DNA of 64,000 bases from an uncultured Planctomycetota bacterium. Its GTDB lineage: Bacteria; Planctomycetota; Planctomycetia; Pirellulales; Lacipirellulaceae. The stretch is from NCBI GenBank assembly GCA_963719315.1, contig CAVRBU010000001.1, positions 480,001 to 544,000 on the forward strand, given 5' to 3'. The notes beneath the pieces are model-generated. The model did not search any database, had not been told where the DNA came from, and saw only the letters and a list, made by a program, of their open reading frames with translations. A program made the position numbers and the translations under genes. Numbering within the stretch: position 1 is the first letter of the stretch; the number at the start of each line of letters is the position of its first letter. Below are positions 32,273-41,550 of this stretch, in pieces.

Positions 32273-33807
32273 CGCGGTTTTCGCGGCGCCGCCGAGAAAC
32301 TGATGCCGTTCAGGCCGAACGGCGAAGGTGCAGCCGCCAATTCCTGAGGATCTTTTAGATCGACCAGTTCGTGAATGTTTCCCACAACCGGGCTACTCCC
32401 GTAGTTGCCATCCGCGGCGTGAACTCTCATCGGCACCCCGTTGCTTGGGAATAACATCGTCGATTCCACGTGTACGCCGATGTCGCTACCTGGCACGACA
32501 GACAGGCGATAGCGCGTAAGGATCCGTTCGAGCGCGACGCGTATGGTCGCCGTCGCTAGCGGAGCCCCGATGCACAGCCGCGGCCCAGCACCGAACGGGT
32601 GGTAGGCGTATGGGCTCGGCCGCAAATTGATCCAGCGGTCCGGTAGAAACCGCTCGGGCTCCGGGTACAAATTTGCTAAATGGTGAACCACGAGCGGCGT
32701 GAAAACAATTCCAGTGCCGCGTGGCAAATGGAACGGTCCAAGCTGCACCGCTTCGGTGGTAATCCGTTGCGAATACGCCGATGCCGGCAGCACGCGCATA
32801 CTTTCCTTGATCACGCGATCGAGCAGCGAGAGATCTTCGCCCTTGGGGAGCGAGCCAATCGCTTTCGGATTTTGCGGACTAGCGCCGGGATTCAATCCGC
32901 AATTCTTGTTTAATTCATCCCATAGCCGTCGCATTACGGCCGGATGCTGGCCAAGCAAGAAGAGGGTCCAGGTGAGCGAATGAGCCGTCGTCAAGTGCGC
33001 GGCAGCAAACAGCACGGCAGCCTGGCCTACTAATTCCACGTCGCTGAGGCCGCCTTCCGCGTCGTTCGAGCGCACCAGGATCGATAGCACGTCGGTCCCC
33101 TGCTGACCGCTTTCGCGGCGGTGGCGAATCATTGCCAGGACTTCCGCTTCCAGCACTTCCGCGTAGCCGAGCAGCTCCTCGTAGCCGTCCAGAAATTGTT
33201 CGCTGGGCACCAACGCGCCAACGCCAACTTGTTGATTGAGCGTGAGCCAATTGGCAATCATATCGCCCAATCGGCAGGCAGCATCGTAGTCTTCCATCCC
33301 GAAAAGCACCGTGCTCGTCACGCGCAACATGTACTGCCGCATTTCCTCGGCGATATCCGGCACGTCACCCGGCTGCCACTTTTCCAGCATTTCCTCCGTG
33401 AGCTGCACGATCGTGTCGCCATACGTGCTGATTGCCCGCAGGCCGAACGGTTCCTTAACGATTCGCCGATTTCGCCGGTGCTGCTCGCCATTCATCGACA
33501 GCAACCCGCTGGTGACGCGGCGTTGAGCGGAGCGCTTCGGCCCGCGGATCGGGAAGAAGTGTGCGTGAAAACGCTCGGTATCAGACAATACAATCTGGTT
33601 GTATTCAGGACTGAAAAGGAAGACGACCTGTTGTCCGCCCTCCTCAATGGCCGCAATCGGACCGTGCAGCTTGTGGAGCCAACGGAAGTTGCCAAGCATA
33701 TCGCGCGAAAACTCGCCGAAATCGACGTGCGAGATCGGAAGTTCGGCCCCTGAGCGCGCAGAACGACTCTGAGTGACGCGCGATTTTGATTCGACGACAG
33801 AGGCCAT
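32269..33807 (-). CDS. cytochrome P450
   Basis: FGAGPRLCIG heme motif, KESMR (ExxR), PERF. Confidence 0.95.
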   Translation of the reverse strand: MASVVESKSRVTQSRSARSGAELPISHVDFGEFSRDMLGNFRWLHKLHGPIAAIEEGGQQVVFLFSPEYNQIVLSDTERFHAHFFPIRGPKRSAQRRVTSGLLSMNGEQHRRNRRIVKEPFGLRAISTYGDTIVQLTEEMLEKWQPGDVPDIAEEMRQYMLRVTSTVLFGMEDYDAACRLGDMIANWLTLNQQVGVGALVPSEQFLDGYEELLGYAEVLEAEVLAMIRHRRESGQQGTDVLSILVRSNDAEGGLSDVELVGQAAVLFAAAHLTTAHSLTWTLFLLGQHPAVMRRLWDELNKNCGLNPGASPQNPKAIGSLPKGEDLSLLDRVIKESMRVLPASAYSQRITTEAVQLGPFHLPRGTGIVFTPLVVHHLANLYPEPERFLPDRWINLRPSPYAYHPFGAGPRLCIGAPLATATIRVALERILTRYRLSVVPGSDIGVHVESTMLFPSNGVPMRVHAADGNYGSSPVVGNIHELVDLKDPQELAAAPSPFGLNGISFSAAPRKPR

Positions 33808-33931
33808 GAATCCAAGCAGCAGCGAGTGTCTGCCGGTTTCGCTGTTCGCAGCATGGCCCGCCAAGTGATGCCAGCAACGCTAGCGAAGACATCGGCGTCA
33901 AAGTGACCCTAATCTTCTCTAGCAACTCATT

Positions 33932-35095
33932 TTACCAGGCTTGACTTAGGATCACAAGATTATCCCGATGTACGACTTCGTCGTAGGGGCAATGGCCCAG
34001 AATTACTACTATTTTTTCAGTAGATTGGCCCGCAATGCGGCGTAGCTCTTCACAGCCGTAATTTGTAAGCCCGCGGGCAAATTCGTGGCCATCTGGGCAG
34101 AATAGCGATACCACGTCTCCTTTTTGGAAGTTGCCATCGACCCGCCGCACGCCGATCGCCAGCAGGCTGCGGCCCTGCTGAACGACTGCGGCCTGAGCAC
34201 CGGCATCAAGTACAAGGCCACCGTTCGGTTGTGCCGTCAGGCCAATCCATCGCTTACGCGACGCAACGGCCGGTCCCTGGGGGCAGAACATGGTGCCAAC
34301 CTCCTGCCCGCTCAGAATATCGATCAGCACGTTTGGCCGCCGGCCGTTGGCAATCACCACGCTCTCGCCGGCCGTCACGGCCAATCGAGCGGCTTCCATC
34401 TTACTCGCCATGCCGCCTCGACTGAGACTATTCGACCCTGTCAGCACGGGCGTCTGTCGCTGGAAATCTCGAATGGCCGCATCCAGTTGTTCGACCACTG
34501 AGACCAGCGTTGCCCCTTCCTGCGCAGGATGCCGGTCGAAAAGCCCATCTACATCGGATAGCAACACCAAGAGCGGCGCACGGAGCAGGTTCGTTACCAT
34601 CGCCGCCAGGCGGTCGTTATCACCCACGTTTCGCTGGAGCTCGTCCACACGGACCGTATCGTTTTCGTTGATGATCGGCAGTGCGCCGTATTGAAACAAC
34701 GCCAGCAGCGTATTGCGGACGTTTAAATACCGCGAACGATCATTGAGGTCGTCGGCTGTGAGCAGTATTTGGGCCGCATGGCGTCCGTGAGCCTCCAACG
34801 CCCGATTGTACGATTCGATCAGCCGGCTCTGCCCCACGGCCGCTACGGCCTGCAAATGAGCCAAGTCGGTCGGCCTCTTGTCGAGCCCCAATCGCCCAAT
34901 TCCCGCCCCCACCGCCCCGCTGCTCACGAGCACCACGTGCCGGTTCTCCGCCATCAGTCGGACGATTTGCTCTGCAATCGAAGTAACTTGGTCGTGGTCG
35001 AGCGTGCCATCTTCATGCGTTAGCACGCGCGTTCCGACCTTCACCACAACGGTCTTCGAACGAGCAGCAAGTTCCTGACGAATGGAATCAACCAT
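33932..35095 (-). CDS. proB: glutamate 5-kinase with PUA domain
   Basis: VVKVGT, VSSGAV, INEND, GDND and GGMASK motifs; PUA tail. Confidence 0.95.
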   Translation of the reverse strand: MVDSIRQELAARSKTVVVKVGTRVLTHEDGTLDHDQVTSIAEQIVRLMAENRHVVLVSSGAVGAGIGRLGLDKRPTDLAHLQAVAAVGQSRLIESYNRALEAHGRHAAQILLTADDLNDRSRYLNVRNTLLALFQYGALPIINENDTVRVDELQRNVGDNDRLAAMVTNLLRAPLLVLLSDVDGLFDRHPAQEGATLVSVVEQLDAAIRDFQRQTPVLTGSNSLSRGGMASKMEAARLAVTAGESVVIANGRRPNVLIDILSGQEVGTMFCPQGPAVASRKRWIGLTAQPNGGLVLDAGAQAAVVQQGRSLLAIGVRRVDGNFQKGDVVSLFCPDGHEFARGLTNYGCEELRRIAGQSTEKIVVILGHCPYDEVVHRDNLVILSQAW

Positions 35096-35158
35096 GGCCA
35101 AACAGCGTTCAAAAATCGCCGCCAAAAGTCATCCGCCACCCAACGCTTGCGGATTGGC

Positions 35159-35467
35159 TCACGCGGGCTCCATTACCCGGATCTCAATCCCCACCAGCAA
35201 ATCCTTCACGATTTCCCGATAGCGGAGCATATGCGGCGCGACCGAATGTGCCGCGAGCGCCTCTAAACTCTTCCATTTTTCGAAAACTGTGACGACATCC
35301 GCTCGCGCGGCGGCCACGCCGGTTAACGCTGTATCCACATCGATCGCCGGGCCGTACTCAATGCACCCATCCTCGCCGCGGACCAATGGCACGACCCGTT
35401 GAAACTCCTTCAAAAAATCGTTGCGGCGGCCCGCCACGACCTGAATTGTAGCAATTACGTGAATCAT
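35159..35467 (-). CDS. ABM-family putative quinol monooxygenase
   Basis: VR.EDGCIEY and EKW.S.EAL.AH..APHM motifs. Confidence 0.85.
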   Translation of the reverse strand: MIHVIATIQVVAGRRNDFLKEFQRVVPLVRGEDGCIEYGPAIDVDTALTGVAAARADVVTVFEKWKSLEALAAHSVAPHMLRYREIVKDLLVGIEIRVMEPA

Positions 35468-35632
35468 GGATTGTCCCGAAAGCATTTCACCATAATGAAC
35501 GGCGCCGCCGCTGGAAAGCCGCCTTTCTGCGTGTTTGGACACGATCGGGCACGTTGGAGTTCCTCGAAGTGGCCCGTAGGCACGGTCGCGCCAACTCGAT
35601 GCTCGGAACGCCGATTTGCCAGCAGCCTGCCC

Positions 35633-35660
35633 TTGACGATGTACGCCCGTATATTATAGT
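35633..35660 (+). promoter_or_regulatory. sigma70-type lexA promoter with an embedded palindrome (candidate LexA box)
   Basis: TTGACG-N16-TATAGT; the spacer is ATGTAC-GCCC-GTATAT. Confidence 0.55.
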
Positions 35661-35700
35661 TTAGTCTGAGCCTTGAAACGCAGAACAATCCCGCAAATAA

Positions 35701-35783
35701 GTAGGTCCCGCTTGCCGAGCGGGACCTGGCCCCGTCTCAAAGCTCGATGTTTCGCAAAGGTCCGTTCCGGCTGAAGGACCGAC
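35701..35783. repeat. GTAG-type REP doublet
   Basis: GTAGGTCCCGCTTGCCGAGCGGGACCT, one mismatch to the 18147 copy. Confidence 0.75.
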
Positions 35784-35790
35784 AAGGTCG

Positions 35791-35899
35791 CAAGTGCTAT
35801 GTCAAACTTAGAGATCAGCCGCAGGGCGCTAGCCCACGGTTTTTGTAGCTCCAACCGTGGGCTAGCGCCCTGCGGCTAATTTGAAAATCGGAGCACTAG
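35791..35899. repeat. MITE-like element, family B, degenerate copy
   Basis: AGTGCTATGTCA...AGCACTAG ends; internal AGCCGCAGGGCGCTAGCCC inverted pair. Confidence 0.7.
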
Positions 35900-35951
35900 C
35901 CAAGAAACCGTTCGCCAAAATATCTGCTCATTAATTGCCGGAGTTCATTCC

Positions 35952-36554
35952 ATGACGATGTCCGACCTGACTTCTCGCCAGCGGGAAGTTTTCGATTTCA
36001 TTCGCGAGAAAATCACTGGCCGTGGTTACGGGCCCACGGTCCGCGAGATCGGCGACAACTTCAGCATCAGTTCGCCCAACGGCGTGATGTGCCACTTGAA
36101 GGCGCTCGAAAAAAAGGGACTGATTACCCGCGAGCCCAATATGTCGCGGGCGATCCAAATAACAGACGCGTATCGAGACGAACTGGGCATGCCCTTGGTC
36201 GGCCAAATTGCGGCCGGCAACCTGACCGAAGCGATCGAACAGGCCGACCGATTCTCGTTCGAGGACTGGTTCCCGCAACGCAAAAACCAATTCGCGCTAA
36301 AAGTGAAGGGCGAATCGATGATCGAGGCCCAAATTGCCGACGGCGACATCGTCGTCTGCCGCCGAGCCCGCACTGCCCACAAGGGCGATATCGTCGTGGC
36401 CCTCACCGACGACGGCGACGCCACGCTCAAATACTGGTTTCCCGAGGCGAACCGAATCCGCCTGCAGCCCGCCAACTCCTCGATGAAGCCGATCTACAGC
36501 CGCAACGCGCAGGTGATCGGCATCGTCACGGGAGTTGTTCGCAAGGTCGTGTAG
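35952..36554 (+). CDS. lexA: SOS repressor LexA
   Basis: LTSRQ..PTVREI wHTH, AG cleavage site, GESM catalytic Ser, ATLK catalytic Lys. Confidence 0.95.
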   Translation: MTMSDLTSRQREVFDFIREKITGRGYGPTVREIGDNFSISSPNGVMCHLKALEKKGLITREPNMSRAIQITDAYRDELGMPLVGQIAAGNLTEAIEQADRFSFEDWFPQRKNQFALKVKGESMIEAQIADGDIVVCRRARTAHKGDIVVALTDDGDATLKYWFPEANRIRLQPANSSMKPIYSRNAQVIGIVTGVVRKVV

Positions 36555-36581
36555 CACACGTGTAGCACAGTCTCAAAGTAG

Positions 36582-36656
36582 GTAGGGTGGGCACTGCCCA
36601 CCATGAATGCCGCACCTGCGCGGTTTTTTTTGGTCTGTGGGCGGTTCCCAATCTAC
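36582..36656. repeat. GTAG-type REP doublet (degenerate)
   Basis: GTAGGGTGGGCACTGCCCACC...GTGGGCGGTTCCCAATCTAC. Confidence 0.6.
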
Positions 36657-36733
36657 TATGCGCCCATTGCTATTTCTCACTACCTACGCTATCCTCACAA
36701 CACTTCTCCATCGCACCATTCGTCAGTCCGCCC

Positions 36734-37096
36734 ATGTCGCTAACTACATTTTCCAAAGACGGAATTCTAACCATCGTCTTCGAAGATGCGCGGATCCTCG
36801 ACGAGACGAAACTCGAACAACTCAGCCGCGACTTGATGGTGATGCTGGACAAAACGACCGAGGAGCGCGTCATTCTCGACTTCCGCAACGTGAAGTTCAT
36901 GTCCTCTTCGATGCTCGGCAAGCTGATTCAAGTGAACAAGAAGGCCGGCGAGTTCAAGGTCAAGCTGAAGTTCTGCTCGATCGACCCCGAAATCCGCCAG
37001 GTCTTCAAAATCACGAAGCTCGACAAACTCTTCGAAATCGAAACCGACGAAGCCGCCGCCCGAGCCGCTTTCATGAAAAAGGGTTGGTTTGGCTAG
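36734..37096 (+). CDS. STAS-domain anti-sigma factor antagonist
   Basis: ILDF.NV.FMSSSMLG and VFKITKLD motifs. Confidence 0.9.
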   Translation: MSLTTFSKDGILTIVFEDARILDETKLEQLSRDLMVMLDKTTEERVILDFRNVKFMSSSMLGKLIQVNKKAGEFKVKLKFCSIDPEIRQVFKITKLDKLFEIETDEAAARAAFMKKGWFG

Positions 37097-37225
37097 TGCT
37101 TTGTCACAGCTAGAAATTGGGGTTGGGCGCATCAGCCGCAGGGCGCTAGCCCCGGGTTGTGCCGCTCCAACCGGGGGCTAGCGCCCCGCGGCTAATCCCA
37201 AAATCAAGCTGTGACAAAGCACTAG
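37093..37225. repeat. MITE-like element, family B, intact
   Basis: perfect 19-bp terminal IR CTAGTGCTTTGTCACAGCT / AGCTGTGACAAAGCACTAG; internal REP pair; left end overlaps the STAS stop. Confidence 0.85.
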
Positions 37226-37305
37226 TGTGGACGGCAATCCAAGCTGGCTCAGCGAACTATTCTATCTGCGCGCGTCCGACATCATTAAACTGAGTTCGCC
37301 GAACA

Positions 37306-38616
37306 CTACGCTTCATCAAACCCGCTGGACCGACTGAGCAGCTTTTCGCGCGACGCCCACAGCCCAGCCGACGGCGTGGGAATGAAATAATACCGCTCGC
37401 CGTCAACGGTGGTATTCCACCCTTGTTTGCACGACTCGGGCCGGTAGCGGGCGATCGTTTCGCTGATATCCGCGTAGCGGAAATTCACGCCTTCGATCTC
37501 GGCCTTCGTCAGATGCCCCGGCGCGTACGTGATCGTGAAGCGGCCCTCGCTTGAGCCGTGCATGAGGTGGGCCGTGGCATGGGCTAAATCCTGCATGTCC
37601 GCGTTCTTCTTGTACAGCTCCTTCACTCGCGGCGTGCCGATGTAGCCATACTTGCGGATGAGCGCGTCCACCTCCGGCTGCTCTCCGAATCGTTTCAAAC
37701 CAGGGGCGATCACAATGAGTTCGCCGCCGTCGGCGAGCGCCATGCGCGTTCGATAAACCGCTTTGTTCGCCACCCAGGTGCTGAAAAACTCGTCCCCCTG
37801 CATCACGCACACGATCTTTTTCACAGGTTCGTCGAATAACGTGATGTTTTGCTTCCGCGATTGACGGGCGGCGGCAAGGTAGGTCTCCAGATCGTCGCCC
37901 ACGTGGACACCCGTATGCACCAATTGGTCGCGTTCATTGCGGGCAAGCACCACCTGAACATACAAATCGGGCAGGTCGCCCAGAAACTCATCCTCGGCCC
38001 GATTGAAACAGGCCCGCAACGGCGTGATGAGATTGCCGAGGTTGTTCTCGATTCCATTCGTCGCGGCCGCCATGTGGGCCGCGCAGATCAAGTCCTTGCC
38101 GGCTAGGCCGATGAAATAGTTCTTGTTGTGATTGGCAAAGCCCAACACCTCGTGCGGCACCACTTGACCAACATTGATGATGAGATCCCACTTTTCTTCC
38201 ATCAGCATCCGATTGAGCACGATCGGCATTGGCCAATCGGCGGCGCCCTGCGTAGTCTCATCCACGAAGCGGCCCGACAACTCGCCGATTTCGACGCTCC
38301 CGACGCGCCAATCGTGGGCGTGGATCCGCTCATTTGGAATCGAGCCGAACATCTGCCGGTTTTCCTCCGGCGTGTGCGGCACGTGTTGGCCAAGCGTCGG
38401 GATGACGTGCACCTCCGCCTCATCGGCCAGCAGACGATACAGCATTTCGGTCAGCCGCCCCGACCCCGAATGCATGCGCGTAATATCCGGCGGAAGCAAT
38501 AACACCCGCTTCGGTTTCGCGCAAAACCGCTCCCGGGCCTCGGCGACGGTCTGCTCCATCAGCGTTTGCAATCGGTCCCACGAAATCTCAGCAGCTCGTT
38601 CGGAAATCCAGGGCAT
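37306..38616 (-). CDS. LarA-superfamily (lactate racemase domain) racemase/epimerase
   Basis: PPDITR, LGQH, VVPHEVLGF...K and GG.LIVIAP motifs. Confidence 0.85.
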   Translation of the reverse strand: MPWISERAAEISWDRLQTLMEQTVAEARERFCAKPKRVLLLPPDITRMHSGSGRLTEMLYRLLADEAEVHVIPTLGQHVPHTPEENRQMFGSIPNERIHAHDWRVGSVEIGELSGRFVDETTQGAADWPMPIVLNRMLMEEKWDLIINVGQVVPHEVLGFANHNKNYFIGLAGKDLICAAHMAAATNGIENNLGNLITPLRACFNRAEDEFLGDLPDLYVQVVLARNERDQLVHTGVHVGDDLETYLAAARQSRKQNITLFDEPVKKIVCVMQGDEFFSTWVANKAVYRTRMALADGGELIVIAPGLKRFGEQPEVDALIRKYGYIGTPRVKELYKKNADMQDLAHATAHLMHGSSEGRFTITYAPGHLTKAEIEGVNFRYADISETIARYRPESCKQGWNTTVDGERYYFIPTPSAGLWASREKLLSRSSGFDEA

Positions 38617-38777
38617 GTGTGATCCAGATCGCTTTCAGGCGAAGTTAACCGCTAACGGACGCCCATCAACGCGAATGGAGCAAACCCATCAAATCCATCC
38701 AACTTCATTTCAGTTGCGAACAAATCTGCGTCCACTAGTGGTTAACGCATTGTAGAAATTATTTTTCGCTTTGCCTA

Positions 38778-38819
38778 TTGACGTCCTTGCAGACAAATTG
38801 TATTAATTCATTAATACAA
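38778..38819 (+). promoter_or_regulatory. promoter with a perfect palindromic operator for the adjacent GntR regulator
   Basis: TTGACG-N17-TATTAA; TTGTATTAAT-TC-ATTAATACAA at 38798-38819. Confidence 0.8.
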
Positions 38820-38830
38820 GAGCGCATGCC

Positions 38831-39226
38831 ATGCAAATTCATATTTCCACCGCCGACGGCGTTCCCATCTACGTCCAAATCGTGAACCAGGTCAAATACC
38901 TAGTATCCTCGGGCCGACTATCGGCCGGAGAAGAGCTGCCCCCGATTCGCTCGCTGGCGGAAAAGCTGGTGGTAAATCCAAACACGGTCGCCCGCGCGTA
39001 TCGCGAGCTGGAAAGTGCCGGCATCGTGGAAAAACGCCGTACGGCCGGCACCTACGTCTCCGACCAAGGCTCTCCCCTCGCACGACGCGAACGGCTGAAA
39101 ATTCTGACCGAACGAATTGATGCCTTATTGGCCGATGCACGCCAGATGGATATCGCCTTCGAAGATGTCGTGAAACTCGCCGAACGGCGGCACGCGACCA
39201 TGTTATCCACGTCCCCTGAGGGCTAA
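38831..39226 (+). CDS. GntR-family regulator, YtrA subfamily
   Basis: PIY.QI, LPPIRSLA..L.VNPNTVARAYRELE; short C-terminus. Confidence 0.92.
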   Translation: MQIHISTADGVPIYVQIVNQVKYLVSSGRLSAGEELPPIRSLAEKLVVNPNTVARAYRELESAGIVEKRRTAGTYVSDQGSPLARRERLKILTERIDALLADARQMDIAFEDVVKLAERRHATMLSTSPEG

Positions 39227-39230
39227 ATTC

Positions 39231-39383
39231 ATGTACAAAACATCGTTCTCGCAAGCGCCGGCAGTGATCGACATCCGCCGGCTCACTCGCCAGTTCGGCG
39301 CCACGAAGGCGCTCGACGACATCTCGCTCTCGATCCCTTGTGGTGGCGTCTTCGGCCTTATCGGCGGCAACGGAGCCGGCAAA
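39231..39383 (+). pseudogene. truncated ABC transporter ATPase
   Basis: LTRQFGATKALDDISL..GGVFGLIGGNGAGK, after which similarity stops. Confidence 0.8.
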
Positions 39384-39445
39384 GCGGCGCCCTATTTCGC
39401 GTCGTGCTTGCCCTCCTGTGAAAACGAGCCAATAATGCGCGCGCC

Positions 39446-40099
39446 ATGGCAACTGTGCATTTCACGCCCACAGACGAACTATCGCCCGCAAGGGTACGGA
39501 ACAGTTCCATGGTCCCCGAAGTTGGCAGCGGGGATGAGCCACTTCTTCACTTTGGCTTGCGGCAGCTCTTGTGCTTCATGGCCGCGATCAGTGCCTTGTT
39601 CGCCGCACTGGCTTCCACCGGCGGTCTGACAGCCCTGGTTTTGCTGCTGGGCGTGACAGTTGTAACATTGCATGTTTTAGCCACTTCCCTAGGCAGCCGC
39701 CTGAGAGAGCGGGCCGATCGCCTCCAGGTTTTTGAAGCGGCCGAACGCCTGCCGATCGAATCAATCGCCTCCGCATTGGAGCGTTCCGAGCGGCTTGCGG
39801 CGGTTCGGTCCGCCCCTCGTTCGCCCTGGCACGCCCGTGGTACGACGGTCTTACCCTGGCTCCGTCGGATGGTGATTGTCGCCATCGTATGTGGCGGTGT
39901 GACGGGAGCTGTCTACCTCGCCGCCACGATCGGCTATCGAACCTCCCCGGCCGGCGTTTTGGTGGGTGGCTTGTCCGTCGCCGTACTATGCGGCTGGTTT
40001 GCGTTTCTCCTCGGTAGCTTCTACGGCGTATTCCGCCACGGCTTCCGTGATGCCGTCGCGGAGCAGCAAAAAGACACGCGACCCCGTAGCTGTAGCTGA
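39446..40099 (+). CDS. membrane hypothetical protein
   Basis: about four TM segments; HFGLRQLL motif. Confidence 0.7.
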   Translation: MATVHFTPTDELSPARVRNSSMVPEVGSGDEPLLHFGLRQLLCFMAAISALFAALASTGGLTALVLLLGVTVVTLHVLATSLGSRLRERADRLQVFEAAERLPIESIASALERSERLAAVRSAPRSPWHARGTTVLPWLRRMVIVAIVCGGVTGAVYLAATIGYRTSPAGVLVGGLSVAVLCGWFAFLLGSFYGVFRHGFRDAVAEQQKDTRPRSCS

Positions 40100-40155
40100 A
40101 GTCTCCAGGCTTCAGTTTTTTTTGCCGATGAGCAGCGGAACTCTTGCGAATTCCG

Positions 40156-40383
40156 CTACCGCAATAGCCGTCGCAAGAGAGTCGGGTTGACCAGCCCGCG
40201 GAAACGAATCTTGCCATCGATTTCGACCACCGGAACGCACGTATCAAACCGCTTGCGGAGCTCCGGATCGCCGTCGATATCAACAATTGTCGGCCGCTGC
40301 CCATACTCGACGAGCATCCGCTCCGCCTCCTCGCATAGATGGCAGCCATAGCGCGTGTAGAGCACGACTTGGTGCGACTGCAT
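40156..40383 (-). CDS. glutaredoxin-like protein (DUF836-type)
   Basis: LYTR.GCHLC, VDID and VPVV..DG motifs. Confidence 0.88.
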   Translation of the reverse strand: MQSHQVVLYTRYGCHLCEEAERMLVEYGQRPTIVDIDGDPELRKRFDTCVPVVEIDGKIRFRGLVNPTLLRRLLR

Positions 40384-40675
40384 TGGACTCTCTTCAGACT
40401 CGCGAGAAGGTTTTTTTCAGCCGTTATAATCGGACTCCGAACTTTCCCATTTCGGCCCCAATGTCGCGTTTCATCTACATCCTTAAGTCCTTATGGCAAT
40501 TGGACTTAAACATTTTGTTGAACACCGCCTTTTCCGTTGCCTAGGATGGAGTAGAGGCAATCGGGACCGCCTCGATCCTTTTCCCGTATCCCCCGCCATT
40601 CGGACGTGGTGGGCTGCTGGCCAAAAGTTGCCTACCCCGGCCAGCGGCACCTCGAATTTTTGTTCGCTATCAGCG

Positions 40676-41389
40676 ATGAACGCTCGCCGTGTGCAATCTG
40701 TGAAGTCGAGCGCCCGCCGGCAGGCAAAAGGCCGAAATACGACTGTCAGGTCCCATGCCGATAAGCGGCGGCCCAAACAAGCCCGTCGAGCCGGCATGCA
40801 CCAGTACATCGTTCGCGAGCCCTTTGCTCCGCCCGAAGACTGGTACGAGCGGACCGAGTCGACCCAATACCGAATTGTGGTCCAAGAACCTGGCGAAGGC
40901 TACCGGCACGTCGTCACTCCCGACCAGATTCGCGATCGGCTGTCGCGAGTTCCTCAGCGTTTCCTCAAGCAACTCGAAGTCGTTCAGCTCAGCAAGATCA
41001 CCCGCAAAAAGCAATCGTTCCCCTGCTATGGCATGCAATGGGGCAACGCCCTGTATTTGTACCCGATCGAAGAGTCGTTCGTGGAGCACTATGACCAGCC
41101 GCCCCGGCCGAACCTCGTCAACGAAGCACGCATGTACGGCGGCCAATGGCACGAGCCGTCGCCCGGCACCTGGACCCTCACCTGGAGCGAGCAGGCCGCC
41201 CAGGACTTTTACTTGAACAACATCCTGATCCATGAACTGGGCCACCTGGTCGATGACCGAAATACGTCCTACATGGAGCGGGAACAATACGCTGAATGGT
41301 TCGCCGTTCACTACGGCTACCTCCACTCTGGCGGCCGCACGGCCCGCAACTACCCCCGCCCCAAACGTCGCCGCCACCACGCAAGCTAA
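40676..41389 (+). CDS. hypothetical zincin-like protein
   Basis: HELGH followed by a downstream E. Confidence 0.75.
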   Translation: MNARRVQSVKSSARRQAKGRNTTVRSHADKRRPKQARRAGMHQYIVREPFAPPEDWYERTESTQYRIVVQEPGEGYRHVVTPDQIRDRLSRVPQRFLKQLEVVQLSKITRKKQSFPCYGMQWGNALYLYPIEESFVEHYDQPPRPNLVNEARMYGGQWHEPSPGTWTLTWSEQAAQDFYLNNILIHELGHLVDDRNTSYMEREQYAEWFAVHYGYLHSGGRTARNYPRPKRRRHHAS

Positions 41390-41550
41390 AACACTCCCTC
41401 CCAAGCACCGGGGAAGACCGGCGAGGGCGCGCCGATTCAGTTCTCGATTACTATTCCCACAAAAAACATCGGCCCGCGGAAACCACCTGGATTCCGCGGG
41501 CCGCGTTATTCCGTCGGCGAATTAATCCGAGTTCTCACCCGGACCAAATG

